From contig JABHAA010000121.1 of assembly GCA_018674495.1 (NCBI GenBank), forward strand, positions 22,848-86,847: a stretch of 64,000 nt of DNA, written 5' to 3'. The DNA is from Rhodospirillaceae bacterium. GTDB taxonomy: Bacteria; Pseudomonadota; Alphaproteobacteria; Rhodospirillales; UBA2165. Positions 46,395 through 56,798 of this stretch are shown piece after piece. How positions within the stretch are numbered: the stretch's first letter is position 1; every line of letters begins with the position of its first letter. The notes beneath the pieces were generated by a model that saw only the letters and a program-made list of their open reading frames with translations, had not been told where the DNA came from and ran no database searches. The position numbers and the translations under genes are program-made.

Positions 46395-47822
46395 TTAGTC
46401 ACTATCGACCGCCGGCGCTTTCTTTTTCTTCGGCGCCCGCTTTTTCTTGGCCGTCTTTTCGGCGTCATCGGACGCGCCAGCTTTTTTGGCGGCCGCATCC
46501 GCTTCATCGGCGGCGACCAATTCCTCCAAAGTCACTTCCTTGTCGGAAACCTGGGCCAGTTCCAATATAAAGTCGACAACCTTCTCCTCCAAAAGCGGCG
46601 ATTGTATGGCTTGTAACGCTTCGGGGTTCTTTTGGTAATACTCCATAACCTCTTGCTCGCGGCCCTGATAGCGCTGGGCCTCTTGCATGATGGCCCGGTT
46701 GACCTCTTCCGGGGTCACCTGAATTTCGTTGGTGCGCCCGATCTCGGCGAGCAGCAATCCCAAACGAACGCGGCGCTCGGCGATCTCGCCATACTGGGCC
46801 TTTAGATCATCGTCGCTTTTGTCCTTGTCGTCTTCGTCGATCTGGTCCGGGTGATGTTCGCGCTGATGCACGAACTGCTCCCAGATGGCATCGAACTCCT
46901 GGCCAATCAGGCCGGATGGTAGATCGAATTTGTGGCCTTCATCCAGGGTGTCCAACAGCTCCTTTTTGAGACGCATCCGGGACAGGCCATCCAATTCGCC
47001 TTCCTGGCTCTGGCGTAGATTCTTGCGTAGTTCCTCCAGGTTTTCGGCGCCCATTTTCTTGGCCAACTCGTCATCAATTTCCGCTGGAATACCTTCGCGT
47101 AATTCTTTGATTTCAACAGCAAAAACAGCATCCTTGCCGGCCAATTCTTCGGTATATTCTTCCGGGAATTTTACCTTAACTTCAAGCTTGTCGCCGACTT
47201 CTTTTTCGATCAACTGTTCCTCGAAACCGGGGATAAACATGTTCGAGCCGATCTCCAGCGGATAGTCGTCCGCCTTGCCGCCGGGGAACTCCTCGCCATC
47301 AACTGAGCCGGTGAAATCAATCACCGCAACATCGCCGCTTTTGATGGCGCGTTTTTCTTCGACCGGTTTGGTGTCTTTTTGTCCTTCGGCCATTTGCTTG
47401 AGCATGGTTTCGACCTGTTCTTCGTCGGCCGGAACCTTCAGCCGTTCCAGTTTGATCCCCGAAAAATCGATCAGTTGGATTTCCGGGAACAATTCGAATT
47501 CCACGTCATATTCCAGGTCCGAGCCGCTATCAAATTTTTTCACTTCGATCTTCGGCTGGCCGAGCGGGCGTAGATCTTTTTCGGTAATCGCCGCCTCGGT
47601 GCTTTCGCTCACGGTTTGCTCGAGCACCTCGCCCATGATCGAATCGCCATAGGTTTTGCGGAGCAGACTGACCGGCACCTTGCCGGGCCGGAAGCCGGGC
47701 ATTTGTGCAGTTTTGGCGATTTCCGATAGCCGCGCCGACAGCTTTTGCTCGATGTCATCTGCCGGGACCACTATCGTATAGGCGCGTTTCAATCCCTCGT
47801 TGACGGTTTCCGTGACCTGCAT
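46395..47822 (-). CDS. tig: Trigger factor
   Basis: GFRPGKVP, FIPGFEEQL; upstream of clpP. Confidence 0.99.
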   Translation of the reverse strand: MQVTETVNEGLKRAYTIVVPADDIEQKLSARLSEIAKTAQMPGFRPGKVPVSLLRKTYGDSIMGEVLEQTVSESTEAAITEKDLRPLGQPKIEVKKFDSGSDLEYDVEFELFPEIQLIDFSGIKLERLKVPADEEQVETMLKQMAEGQKDTKPVEEKRAIKSGDVAVIDFTGSVDGEEFPGGKADDYPLEIGSNMFIPGFEEQLIEKEVGDKLEVKVKFPEEYTEELAGKDAVFAVEIKELREGIPAEIDDELAKKMGAENLEELRKNLRQSQEGELDGLSRMRLKKELLDTLDEGHKFDLPSGLIGQEFDAIWEQFVHQREHHPDQIDEDDKDKSDDDLKAQYGEIAERRVRLGLLLAEIGRTNEIQVTPEEVNRAIMQEAQRYQGREQEVMEYYQKNPEALQAIQSPLLEEKVVDFILELAQVSDKEVTLEELVAADEADAAAKKAGASDDAEKTAKKKRAPKKKKAPAVDSD

Positions 47823-47892
47823 GGCTCACTCACTTTTTCATTGAAGCTAAAAATCTTAGAAGCAGCGCGATTGCCGCTTCCAGTTCATATTT

Positions 47893-47979
47893 TGGTGCGG
47901 GCGGAGGGACTTGAACCCCCACGGCGTCACCGCCACTAGGACCTAAACCTAGCGTGTCTACCAATTCCACCACGCCCGC
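47893..47979 (-). tRNA. tRNA-Leu(TAG)
   Basis: Reverse complement GCGGGCGTGGTGGAATTGGTAGACACGCTAGGTTTAGGTCCTAG, long variable arm, GGTTCAAGTCCCTCCGCCCGCACCA. Confidence 0.98.
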
Positions 47980-48020
47980 TGCTACACTCCGGCAACGGGC
48001 GGTCCCTTGCCGGAGCGCGC

Positions 48021-48048
48021 ACTCTATAAAAAAAAGCCCTTATGTCAA
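48021..48048 (-). promoter_or_regulatory. sigma70-type promoter for tRNA-Leu/tig
   Basis: TTGACA-N16-TAGAGT on minus strand. Confidence 0.6.
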
Positions 48049-48091
48049 TTGGAAGCTGGACTTTTTCGCTACTTTGGACTTTTGGGCCGCA

Positions 48092-49516
48092 TCAATAATC
48101 CTTGATCAGCGCCTGGATCGGGCCAGATGCAATCACTTCGAGCCCGCTGCGATAGGATTCATGGTTGCTTTCGATCTGATCGGGCTCATAGACATAATTC
48201 AGCATGATGCCCGCCGATTGCGCCAAGCCGCGCTCCGACAGGTCCGCACCCCAGTTCAATTGGCCTATATGGGCACCGTTGTTAAGGTGAAAATGGGCGA
48301 CCGAGTCTTGCGCCGTGCCGCTGCTGCGCTTTACGCGCATTAGGAAATAGGCGGCGGCGCGCAGCAGCGGCGCTTCCAGGGCCGTGGTCACATCGCCATG
48401 CTGGTGCCAGTCTTTCAATGTGAGCAGCGCCTTGATCGCCGCACCAGCATCGAGTTTACCTGCAAGGGAGGTAAGTGCCTCCGCCTCGCCGTCTTTCAAA
48501 AGCGTATAATCCGGATTTTCCAACGCCGCCATCAGCCATCGCATAAAGCCGGGTATGGGCGACAGGGTGGCGAACTGTTTCAGGCCTTTCAGTTCCACCG
48601 ACAGGCTGTCCAGCACCCGCTTGATCAGGAAGTTGCCGAAATTGATGCCGCTTAAACCATCCTGGGCGTTGGATATTGAATAAAATATGGCGGTGTCGGC
48701 GGCGTCCGCATCAAATACCGGCGCTGATTGGTCGAGCAGTTCCTGCACGTTGACGGCCATGCCTTTGACCAGGGCGACCCAAACGAAAATCAACGGCTCA
48801 TCGGGCATTCGGGGATGAAAAAAAGCAAAACAGCGGCGGTCCGAGGCCAGCCGGTTCTTCAAATCATCCCAGCCCTGGATCTCGTGCACTGCTTCGTATG
48901 CGAACAGTTTTTCCAAAAGCGCCGCCGGCGCCCGCCAATCGATCTGGCGCAATTCGAGGAACCCCACATCGAACCACGACGTCAGCAACCCCTTCAAATC
49001 GCCTTCAAGGCCCGCCAGCGCCGGCTCAGCTTTTTTCAAGGCCAGTAATTCGGCGCGCATATCGACCAGAAACTTGACCCCCTCGGGCAGACCGTTGAAC
49101 TGAGTAAGCAGCTTGAGCCGGGGCGCCGCCAAAGCAGCCCGCAATTCGGTTTCGGCGCGGAGGCGCGCGGCATCCTGCGTCGCCTTGCCCACAGCGCCCG
49201 CTTTATCGGCGACAGCTTCGTGGTCCACATCGAACTCAGTTGCCAGGATATTGAGAAACCTTTTCCGCCCCAATTCGTCGAGGGTGATGTATATGCGGCC
49301 CAATTGCGCGGCGCGGATGCGGGCCGACACCTCACCGCCCCTTGCTTCCAAGCAGGCCTGCATCTGATCGACCAGGCGCGCCTGGTCGTCCTCGTCCAAA
49401 GATGGCGAGACCGAAGTTTCCGAAAATTCGTCGCCGGAAGACCCGATTTTACCCCAGGCGCTTTTCAGGTTCGCCAGCGTCCGATCCCAAAATCCGATAG
49501 ACTTTTCTTCGTTCAT
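48092..49516 (-). CDS. matA: Malonyl-CoA decarboxylase
   Basis: YEAVHEI, DRRCFAFFHP, FYSISN, FATLSPIPGF, VAHFHLNNGA. Confidence 0.95.
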   Translation of the reverse strand: MNEEKSIGFWDRTLANLKSAWGKIGSSGDEFSETSVSPSLDEDDQARLVDQMQACLEARGGEVSARIRAAQLGRIYITLDELGRKRFLNILATEFDVDHEAVADKAGAVGKATQDAARLRAETELRAALAAPRLKLLTQFNGLPEGVKFLVDMRAELLALKKAEPALAGLEGDLKGLLTSWFDVGFLELRQIDWRAPAALLEKLFAYEAVHEIQGWDDLKNRLASDRRCFAFFHPRMPDEPLIFVWVALVKGMAVNVQELLDQSAPVFDADAADTAIFYSISNAQDGLSGINFGNFLIKRVLDSLSVELKGLKQFATLSPIPGFMRWLMAALENPDYTLLKDGEAEALTSLAGKLDAGAAIKALLTLKDWHQHGDVTTALEAPLLRAAAYFLMRVKRSSGTAQDSVAHFHLNNGAHIGQLNWGADLSERGLAQSAGIMLNYVYEPDQIESNHESYRSGLEVIASGPIQALIKDY

Positions 49517-49546
49517 TTTTGGTCCAATGAAAATCCATGCTAACGG

Positions 49547-51034
49547 TTATGTATGTTCGTTTGCCAGCTCTGCCAAGAGCAGCGGCAGTTGATCGGGCAA
49601 ATCTTCGGCAATCAGCCCGACCGGTGAGCCAAATTTTTGCGCCGCCGCACCATGCAACCACACCGCCGCCGCCGCCGCATCCAACGCATCCATCCCTTGG
49701 GCCAGCAGCGCGGCGATCATGCCCGCCAAAACATCGCCGGAGCCGGCGGTGGCCAGAATTGCCGGAGCATTGGCGTTGATCAGCGCGCGGCCACCCGGCT
49801 CGGCAATCACCGTATCGGCGCCTTTCAAGACAACCACGGCGCCGCTTCGCCGCGCGGCGGCGCGGGCGCATTGCAGCCGCCCGCCATCCAAATCGGGAAA
49901 CAGGCGCGCAAACTCGCCTTCGTGAGGGGTCAAAACGCATGGTCCCTTAATCCAGGCGAACAAATCTTCAGGCGCGTCTTCAAAGGCGCTCAAACCTTCG
50001 GCGTCGATTACCGTCGGCATTTGGCTGCGCAAGGCGGCGATTACGTTTTGCCTTGTAGCCAAGCCGTTGCCGTTGCCTGGGCCGACCAGGGCGGCACTAA
50101 CCCGGCGCTGGCCAAGCAGGCTATCGAATGTGGTTTTCGCGTTTAGGGCGCAGACTACCACTCCCGGATCACCGGCCCGGTAGACCGGAACCGCTTCTTC
50201 AAGCGCGGCAATGGAGACCATACCGGCGCCCATGCGCCTGGCGCCCCTTGCTGCCAGCCGGGCGGCGCCGGTCATCTCGGCCCCACCGCAAATAAGCAAA
50301 TGGCCACGAGTGTATTTGTGATCGTCATATCCCGGCCACGGCAAACGGCTGGCCCAGAGGGTTGGCAGGTTTTCGGCCAGCTCCGGTGCGATGCTTTGCA
50401 ACACCGTCTCCGGGATACCGATGTCGGCGAGCAGCAATTCTCCGCAATGAAGGCGCCCGGGAAACAAAAGATGGCCGGGTTTTTTGCGGAAAAATGTGAC
50501 CGTCAGTTGGGCCTTGGGGGCGGCGCCCAGAACCTGGCCGCTGTCGCCGTCGATACCGCACGGCATGTCGACGGCGGCGACGGGAATTGCGCTGGCATTC
50601 ATGGCCGCCACCATGTCCAGGGCTACGCCATCCAAAGCCCGTGACAGCCCAGCGCCGAAAATCGCATCGACAATCACATCGCAGCCGGCAATCAACTCCG
50701 GCGTAAACGGCTCGGCCTCCCGGTTCCAGCGATTGGCGTTGATGGCGGCATCGCCCAGAAGCGCGTCAGTTCCGGTTAGCGATCCCAGGCGGACATCCCA
50801 ACCGGCATCGGCTAGCAACCGCGCGACGACATAACCGTCGCCGCCGTTGTTGCCGGGACCGCAGAGCACGGCTGCCCGGCCCACCGGCCAGCGGTCGAGA
50901 ATGGCAACCGCAACGGCGCGCCCGGCCTTCTCCATCAGATCGAGGCTGCGCACGCCGGCTTCCACGGCAAGCGCATCGGCTGCCGTCATCTCGGCGACGC
51001 TGAGCAGGCTGCAATCCAAATTGGCGTTGGTCAA
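49547..51034 (-). CDS. nnr: Bifunctional NAD(P)H-hydrate epimerase/dehydratase
   Basis: LMEKAG, GPGNNGGDG, DAIFGAGL, HKYTRG, LTPHEGE, ATAGSGDVL. Confidence 0.95.
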   Translation of the reverse strand: MTNANLDCSLLSVAEMTAADALAVEAGVRSLDLMEKAGRAVAVAILDRWPVGRAAVLCGPGNNGGDGYVVARLLADAGWDVRLGSLTGTDALLGDAAINANRWNREAEPFTPELIAGCDVIVDAIFGAGLSRALDGVALDMVAAMNASAIPVAAVDMPCGIDGDSGQVLGAAPKAQLTVTFFRKKPGHLLFPGRLHCGELLLADIGIPETVLQSIAPELAENLPTLWASRLPWPGYDDHKYTRGHLLICGGAEMTGAARLAARGARRMGAGMVSIAALEEAVPVYRAGDPGVVVCALNAKTTFDSLLGQRRVSAALVGPGNGNGLATRQNVIAALRSQMPTVIDAEGLSAFEDAPEDLFAWIKGPCVLTPHEGEFARLFPDLDGGRLQCARAAARRSGAVVVLKGADTVIAEPGGRALINANAPAILATAGSGDVLAGMIAALLAQGMDALDAAAAAVWLHGAAAQKFGSPVGLIAEDLPDQLPLLLAELANEHT

Positions 51035-51132
51035 TTTACCCTCGATCAGCGGTCATACCCCTGCCCGGTCTGGCAGAATGCCGTGGCGATGCCTATAACA
51101 CCGGGTACCGAAAAATACCACGAGTTAGCATT

Positions 51133-52383
51133 TTGAAAGTCATCGTTCTCGGATCCGGCGTGATCGGCATATGCGCGGCCTATTATCTCAACAAGGCCGG
51201 GCACGAAGTCACCGTCATCGACCGCCAGGAAGGTCCCGGTCAGGAGACCAGCTTCGCCAATGGCGGCCAGATATCGGCCAGCCATGCCGCACCCTGGGCA
51301 GCACCCAGCGTGCCCTTGCAGATGCTGAAATGGCTTGGCCGCGCGGACGCGCCGCTGCTCTATCATTTCCGCCTGGATTGGCGGCAATGGGTTTGGAGTT
51401 TACGCTTCCTCATGAACTGCCTGCCATCCAGGGCGAGGCGAAACACCATTGGCAATATGCGCATCTGCCTTTACAGCCGCGCATTGATGCCGGAGATACG
51501 CGAAGATACCGGCATCGAATACGACCATCGCCCGGATGGTATCCTGCAGATCTACGAGAACCGCAATGATCTGGACTCCAGCGCCCGCCATGCGATGTGG
51601 CTGCGCGAACTGGGCTGCGACAATAAGGTGCTCACACGACAAGAATGCATCGCCCTGGAACCAGCCTTGGCCGAGCGGGCGGATCAACTAGCCGGCGGCA
51701 TCTACACGGAGACGGATGAAAGCGGCGACGCCTATAAATTCACCCACGAACTGGCCGCGGTTTGCGCTGCGCGCGGGGTCAGCTTCCATTACGGCGAAAC
51801 CATTGAGGCCATTGCCGCCGATGGCGCTCGCATCGGCGGCATCCGCACCAAGGGGCGGACCTTCGAAGCCGACGCGTATGTTTTGTCTCTGGGCAGTTAT
51901 AGCCCATTGTTCCTGCGCCCCCTCGGCATATCCCTGCCGGTGTTCCCCACCAAAGGCTATTCGGTCACGGTGCCGGTGAGCGGCTTGGGCAGCGCCCCCA
52001 AAATCAGCCTGACCGATCACGAGAACCGGATTGTTTACAGCCGCTTAGGGGACCGCCTGCGCGTCGCCGGCACGGCCGAATTTTCCGGCTACGATACAGA
52101 GCTGGACGAAGCCCGCGCCCGCACCATCCTGGCCAACGCCAAGGCGCGTTTTCCGGGCGCCGGCGATTTCAGTACCGCAGAGCTATGGACCGGCCTTCGC
52201 CCCTTGACGCCGGACGGCGTGCCGGTTGTCAGCGCCACCAAATATCCGAACTTGTTCTTGGACACCGGCCACGGCACTTTGGGCTGGACCATGTGCGCCG
52301 GGTCTGGCAAAGCCATCGCCGATCTGATATCCGGCAGCGCCCCGGAGATCGACCTGGCGGCCTTCTCCATCGACAGGTTTTAA
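51133..52383 (+). CDS. dadA: D-amino acid dehydrogenase
   Basis: GSGVIG, ETSFANGG, KGYS, RVAGTAE, WTGLRP, GHGTLGWT. Confidence 0.93.
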   Translation: MKVIVLGSGVIGICAAYYLNKAGHEVTVIDRQEGPGQETSFANGGQISASHAAPWAAPSVPLQMLKWLGRADAPLLYHFRLDWRQWVWSLRFLMNCLPSRARRNTIGNMRICLYSRALMPEIREDTGIEYDHRPDGILQIYENRNDLDSSARHAMWLRELGCDNKVLTRQECIALEPALAERADQLAGGIYTETDESGDAYKFTHELAAVCAARGVSFHYGETIEAIAADGARIGGIRTKGRTFEADAYVLSLGSYSPLFLRPLGISLPVFPTKGYSVTVPVSGLGSAPKISLTDHENRIVYSRLGDRLRVAGTAEFSGYDTELDEARARTILANAKARFPGAGDFSTAELWTGLRPLTPDGVPVVSATKYPNLFLDTGHGTLGWTMCAGSGKAIADLISGSAPEIDLAAFSIDRF

Positions 52384-53582
52384 CGCCAGAGCTCGCGCAC
52401 CCATTCCGCCGGATAGTCGCTGGGATTGGGGCGCCCGGAAAACGCCACCACTTTTGTCTCGGCGGGCGGGGCTATGGCAGCGCGCAGCCGGTACGGCACG
52501 CACCAAAGATGCGGCCACAATTCGGCGTCCGGCGCTTTTAGCGCAATCCAATCCTGATCACCGTCCAGGCGCTCCATATCCGCCTCGCTGAAATCTTCGA
52601 AGATTCCTGAGCGGGCGCCAGCTTCGAACAGCATCACCGACGAATTAAAACCGGGGACATAGTCGTTGTCCATGATCACAAAATCGCCCGGATGACAGAG
52701 CAACGGATCGAGATTACCGGTCACCACCACATCCAGGTCCAGATACAACACGCGCCCCTCCACGCCCGCCAGATCGCGCCGGAACAGAGCGACCTTGTTC
52801 CACCAGCCGGCCAGGCCGGCGCCCGGCGGAGGCTGAACCTGGATACCCGCATCCAGGCCTTCGGCGTTCTCGGTGAAGCAGACGAAGCCCGGTATGGACG
52901 CCGCATTGCGCCGCACCATCGCATGCAGCCGGTTGACATATTCGGGGCCGTATTTGTCCCCATGTTTGACGCAAACAACGGTGGCCGGTGCGGCCTCCGA
53001 GCGCGCGCCGGGCGGCGATGCGGCGCTCAGCGCCCGGCAGCGGGCCAGGCCGATTTGGGCGAGTACGTCTCCCGCTTGTTGGCGCGTAGCTTCTCCGAAG
53101 ACCGCCTCGGCAGCGTTGATATTTTTTTGCCTCAACAACACCCGACCGAGTTGATGGAGAATATCTATATCCTTTGGTGCCATCGCCTGCGCCCCCCGTA
53201 AGGCCGCTTCGGCTTCCGATAGGCGGCCTAGGAAATCGAGAGTGCGGCCTGCAAACACCTGACCTTCAAGCGACGTGGGTTCCAATTGGAGATGGCGTTG
53301 GAAATAATTCAGCGCGGCCGCCGGATCGCCGTTATCCATGTAGTGATAACCGAGGCTCATATGCAGATCGGCATCATCCGGTTTCAGCTCAAGCGCGCGC
53401 AACAGATGGCGGAGGCTCGGCGCGTCGGCCCCCAGCCGCTGGTAAAGCTGTCCCACCAGTATCAAATGCGCTGCTTGATCGGGGATTTGGCCGTCGATGG
53501 CCTCGAGGCAGACCAAGGCGGCATCGATTTCACCGGCACCGTCGAGCGTCAACGCCCGTTCCAATTGTTTCGCAATATCCAT
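52380..53582 (-). CDS. TPR-repeat protein fused to a GT-A (GT8-like) glycosyltransferase domain
   Basis: ATG 53582; ~5 TPRs, then VCVKHGDKY..EYVNRL, GWWNK, LYLDLD (DxD), NSSVM, GDQDW, F.GRPNP. Confidence 0.85.
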   Translation of the reverse strand: MDIAKQLERALTLDGAGEIDAALVCLEAIDGQIPDQAAHLILVGQLYQRLGADAPSLRHLLRALELKPDDADLHMSLGYHYMDNGDPAAALNYFQRHLQLEPTSLEGQVFAGRTLDFLGRLSEAEAALRGAQAMAPKDIDILHQLGRVLLRQKNINAAEAVFGEATRQQAGDVLAQIGLARCRALSAASPPGARSEAAPATVVCVKHGDKYGPEYVNRLHAMVRRNAASIPGFVCFTENAEGLDAGIQVQPPPGAGLAGWWNKVALFRRDLAGVEGRVLYLDLDVVVTGNLDPLLCHPGDFVIMDNDYVPGFNSSVMLFEAGARSGIFEDFSEADMERLDGDQDWIALKAPDAELWPHLWCVPYRLRAAIAPPAETKVVAFSGRPNPSDYPAEWVRELWR

Positions 53583-53676
53583 GCAACGCCAATCCTGCCT
53601 AACGGACCTTAACACACCGTTTATTCGCCGCACCTTTTGTGTTAGTATATCGGCCTCGATAGCAAGGGGGGATACC

Positions 53677-54132
53677 ATGCTTGATCGACCCGCGAACGAA
53701 TTGTTCGCTGAGCGTAAACATCGGGTAGCGAACGCAGTCGCGCTCTGCGAAACCGGCCGTGTACCATTTATTTTTTTCAGCCTTTTCTGGCCAGCCAAGC
53801 TGGCGGGCATCACCTTCGAAGAAGCCATGCACGACCCGGACAAGCTGGATGATGCCTATGGTCAGGCGGTGCGCCTGTTGCAGCCCGATGGCTTCGCCGC
53901 CATGCAGATGATTATCAGCACCGGGCGGGCCATGGAGGTCCTCGATTACAAGCAGATCAAATGGCCCGGCACCGGCACCGAAGACGATGTGGACAGCTAT
54001 TGCAAAAACCTGATCGAAAAGGTTGGCAAGGGCGGCGGCTTCATCCTCGACGGCTCCATCGGCATGCCCGATGAAGCTAAGGTAGAGAACGTCCTCGCCA
54101 TGGCTCAATCGGTGCACAAATACGCGAACTAA
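53677..54132 (+). pseudogene. UroD/MtaA-CmuA family gene with large in-frame internal deletion
   Basis: N-terminal GRVP..FWPAKLAG..KWPG joins directly to C-terminal GTEDDV..YCK.LIEKVGKGGGFIL...EN; only 151 aa. Confidence 0.75.
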
Positions 54133-54233
54133 ACAGGCTGCAGATTTCTGCGGCGAGACGGGCTTGGATTGAAGCAGAAAAGCGGCGGATCCCAGGAGCA
54201 CAAAAACTACTCGGACGCGGAACTGAGTAAGGG

Positions 54234-54965
54234 CTAGAATTTCAACATAACGGCAATGCCATAGACGGCGATGAACAAGGTCAAGGCAAAATTATAGGAT
54301 TGATTGCCAGTGCGGATGAAAATTCGATTTCCGACGAAAAGGTAAATCAGTGCCGCCATGGCGGCGGCAGATAAATTGCCAACGAGCTTATCGTGGTGGC
54401 CCATGATGGTCGCTAGAAGCAGCATCTGGATGGCACTAAATGCCAAGTAATAGTGTGCGACCGTATATCTGATCGCCTCCTTCTCGGTATTTATCCCACT
54501 TGCGAGAATTGCCAACAAGGCGCCTCCCAGGTTTGTCAGGCCGTGGATTATCCCCATTATTAGGTGATAGCTCGGGAGATGTTTTTCCAAAATGACGGTA
54601 AACAGCCTTCGCGACGGAGACCAAAACCGAACCAACGCCGAGAACAACAAAGTTCCACCGACCAGAATATTGGTCCAAGGCGCTAACCTGCTGGCATCCG
54701 CCAACAACAACCCGGCGCCGATTCCAGGCAGGCAGAGCAGATAAAGAAACCGGGAAACCGGGCCCCGGTTCGATCCGGCCGATAAAACCTGTAGCATTGA
54801 AATCGCGAAGGAGGCAGGAAGAAGGATGCCGAGGGCTGTTATGAAGTCATAACCCATCAGCAACAGCGTCGGTGTGCCAAACACCAGCACCCCCATTCCG
54901 AAAATTGATTGGACGACGGATAGAATGGCAACCACCGCCAAAATAGAGAGATATTCTGTTGTCAT
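54234..54965 (-). CDS. TSUP (TauE/SafE) family transporter
   Basis: QSIFGMG, HGLTNLGG; ~8 TM; ATG at 54965. Confidence 0.8.
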   Translation of the reverse strand: MTTEYLSILAVVAILSVVQSIFGMGVLVFGTPTLLLMGYDFITALGILLPASFAISMLQVLSAGSNRGPVSRFLYLLCLPGIGAGLLLADASRLAPWTNILVGGTLLFSALVRFWSPSRRLFTVILEKHLPSYHLIMGIIHGLTNLGGALLAILASGINTEKEAIRYTVAHYYLAFSAIQMLLLATIMGHHDKLVGNLSAAAMAALIYLFVGNRIFIRTGNQSYNFALTLFIAVYGIAVMLKF

Positions 54966-54976
54966 TGCTCGGGGAA

Positions 54977-55591
54977 TTACCTGGTCAGTGACTTCCAGTC
55001 GTCTTCGGCCTCGTGGGCAAGAAGTTCCCCGACCTCCAAGTCGAACCACCAGCCGTGCAGTTTCAGCCGCTCGTCTTCGACACGTTTTTTCACCCAGGGG
55101 AACGTCAGAAGGTTATCCAGCGAGACTTTTACCGCCTCCCGTTCCACGTGGCGGAGCTGGGCGTCGCCCGGCAGTTTTTCGTTGCGGGCCTGTTCGACGA
55201 TAGACATCCATCCGTCTAAGAACCTCCGTTTCTTGCCGTCTTCATGGCCCTCGCAAAGCCAACGGATGCCACCGCAATGAGAATGGCCGAGAACAATGAT
55301 GTGCCCTACATTGAGATCCCGCACCGCAAATTCGATCGCTGCGCTGGTACCATGGTAGTTGCTGTCTGGCTCAAACGGAGGCACCAAATTGGCCACATTA
55401 CGGACAATAAACACCTCGCCGGGCCCGACATTCGTGATGATAGATGGGTTAACTCGGCTATCGGAGCAGGCGATGACCATAATGTCTGGGTTCTGCCCCT
55501 TCTCAACCAATGACCGGAAAAAATCCGGCTGTCCCTCGTAATAGGTTTCCCGGAAGGATTTGAAGCCCATTATCAGTCGATCGATTGTCAT
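54977..55591 (-). CDS. Beta-class carbonic anhydrase
   Basis: CSDSRV, RNVANLVPP, GHSHCGG zinc ligands. Confidence 0.96.
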   Translation of the reverse strand: MTIDRLIMGFKSFRETYYEGQPDFFRSLVEKGQNPDIMVIACSDSRVNPSIITNVGPGEVFIVRNVANLVPPFEPDSNYHGTSAAIEFAVRDLNVGHIIVLGHSHCGGIRWLCEGHEDGKKRRFLDGWMSIVEQARNEKLPGDAQLRHVEREAVKVSLDNLLTFPWVKKRVEDERLKLHGWWFDLEVGELLAHEAEDDWKSLTR

Positions 55592-55602
55592 GATCAAAAG
55601 CT

Positions 55603-56367
55603 TTAGCGGCGCTGTCCGAACAACCTCAACAACATAATGAACAGGTTGATGAAGTCGAGATAGAGCGTCAGCGCACCCATGATAGCTTTCTTGGTCATAA
55701 CTTCCCCGCTGTCGGCTTCCATATACAGCAACTTAATCTTCTGTGTGTCGTAGGCGGTCAGACCGACGAAGATCAGCACGCCGACAACCGAGATGACGAA
55801 ATGCAGCGCTGAAGACGCCAGGAACATGTTGACAATGGAAGCGATGATGATGCCGATCAGGCCCATCATCAGGAACGACCCCATGCCCGACAGGTCGCGC
55901 TTGGTGGTGTAACCGTACAGGCTCATCCAGCCGAAGGTTCCTGCCGTGATGAAGAACACCCGCGTGATCGAAGCACCGGTATAAACAAGAAAGATATTCG
56001 CTAATGAGAGGCCCATGACCGCAGCGAAGGCCCAGAATACGGCTTGTGCGGTAGAAGCCTGCATCTTGTTGATGCCGAATGAAAGAACCAGCACGAAGGC
56101 CAGCGGCGAGAACATCACCAAATAGGCAAGTCCGGTCGGCTGCAGATTTCCACCTTCACCGGCGACGTACAGCATGTTCAAGATGGCCGGGGTATTTGCG
56201 CTGAAATAGGCGATCAGGCCGGTCAACACCAATCCAGACGTCATGTAGTTATAGACCCTGAGCATATACTCACGCAGGCCGGCGTCAATTTCAACGCCTG
56301 CGCCAGTTTGTGCATTCGTCATTGTCCGAGTGCTCGACGTGAACCGGCTATTTGAATCTGAAGACAT
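55603..56367 (-). CDS. Bax inhibitor-1/YccA (TMBIM) family membrane protein
   Basis: DAGLR.YM..VY, YGYTTKRDL, TAYDTQKIK, LYLDFINLF. Confidence 0.95.
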   Translation of the reverse strand: MSSDSNSRFTSSTRTMTNAQTGAGVEIDAGLREYMLRVYNYMTSGLVLTGLIAYFSANTPAILNMLYVAGEGGNLQPTGLAYLVMFSPLAFVLVLSFGINKMQASTAQAVFWAFAAVMGLSLANIFLVYTGASITRVFFITAGTFGWMSLYGYTTKRDLSGMGSFLMMGLIGIIIASIVNMFLASSALHFVISVVGVLIFVGLTAYDTQKIKLLYMEADSGEVMTKKAIMGALTLYLDFINLFIMLLRLFGQRR

Positions 56368-56392
56368 AAAAAACCTCTATTTCAGGATAAAT

Positions 56393-56434
56393 TAATATAT
56401 GATATTGTATTCACGAAATTTATATCGTATATTA
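56393..56434. promoter_or_regulatory. Inverted repeat in divergent promoter (candidate operator)
   Basis: TAATATATGATAT-N16-ATATCGTATATTA, 12/13 match. Confidence 0.6.
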
Positions 56435-56456
56435 GATCACCACAGGATGGTGCCCA

Positions 56457-56786
56457 ATGCAAGATGTAAAAGCTCAAAGATCGCCGACCGCAAACAGATG
56501 GACATTTATGAGCAACCACGCTCATGTGATTCTCTGCGTTGCCGAGAACCCGAGGTCCCGAACGCGAGATTTGGCTATGACCATAGGGATTACCGAAAGG
56601 GCGGTGCAGCGCATCATCGCTGAATTGGAAGCGGACGGATATCTCAGCCACCGCCGAGAAGGACGAAACAACCACTACACGGTGCACACTGATCTGCCAC
56701 TTCGCCATCCGGTCGAACAACACTGTGGGGTCTCAGCCTTAATCGAAATGTCGCTGACGGGAAGTCGTGCGAATCCTGCGTACTGA
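56457..56786 (+). CDS. Winged helix-turn-helix transcriptional regulator (MarR/AsnC-like, WTF.SNH family)
   Basis: WTFMSNHAHV, IGITERAVQRII.ELE..GY, GR.N.Y, LRHPVE. Confidence 0.9.
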   Translation: MQDVKAQRSPTANRWTFMSNHAHVILCVAENPRSRTRDLAMTIGITERAVQRIIAELEADGYLSHRREGRNNHYTVHTDLPLRHPVEQHCGVSALIEMSLTGSRANPAY

Positions 56787-56798
56787 AAGAATTTCGTT

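Noticed and set aside
53583-53843. 87-aa N-terminal extension of the TPR-GT ORF
   Set aside because: Overlaps the divergent UroD-family gene; ATG 53582 starts at the first TPR
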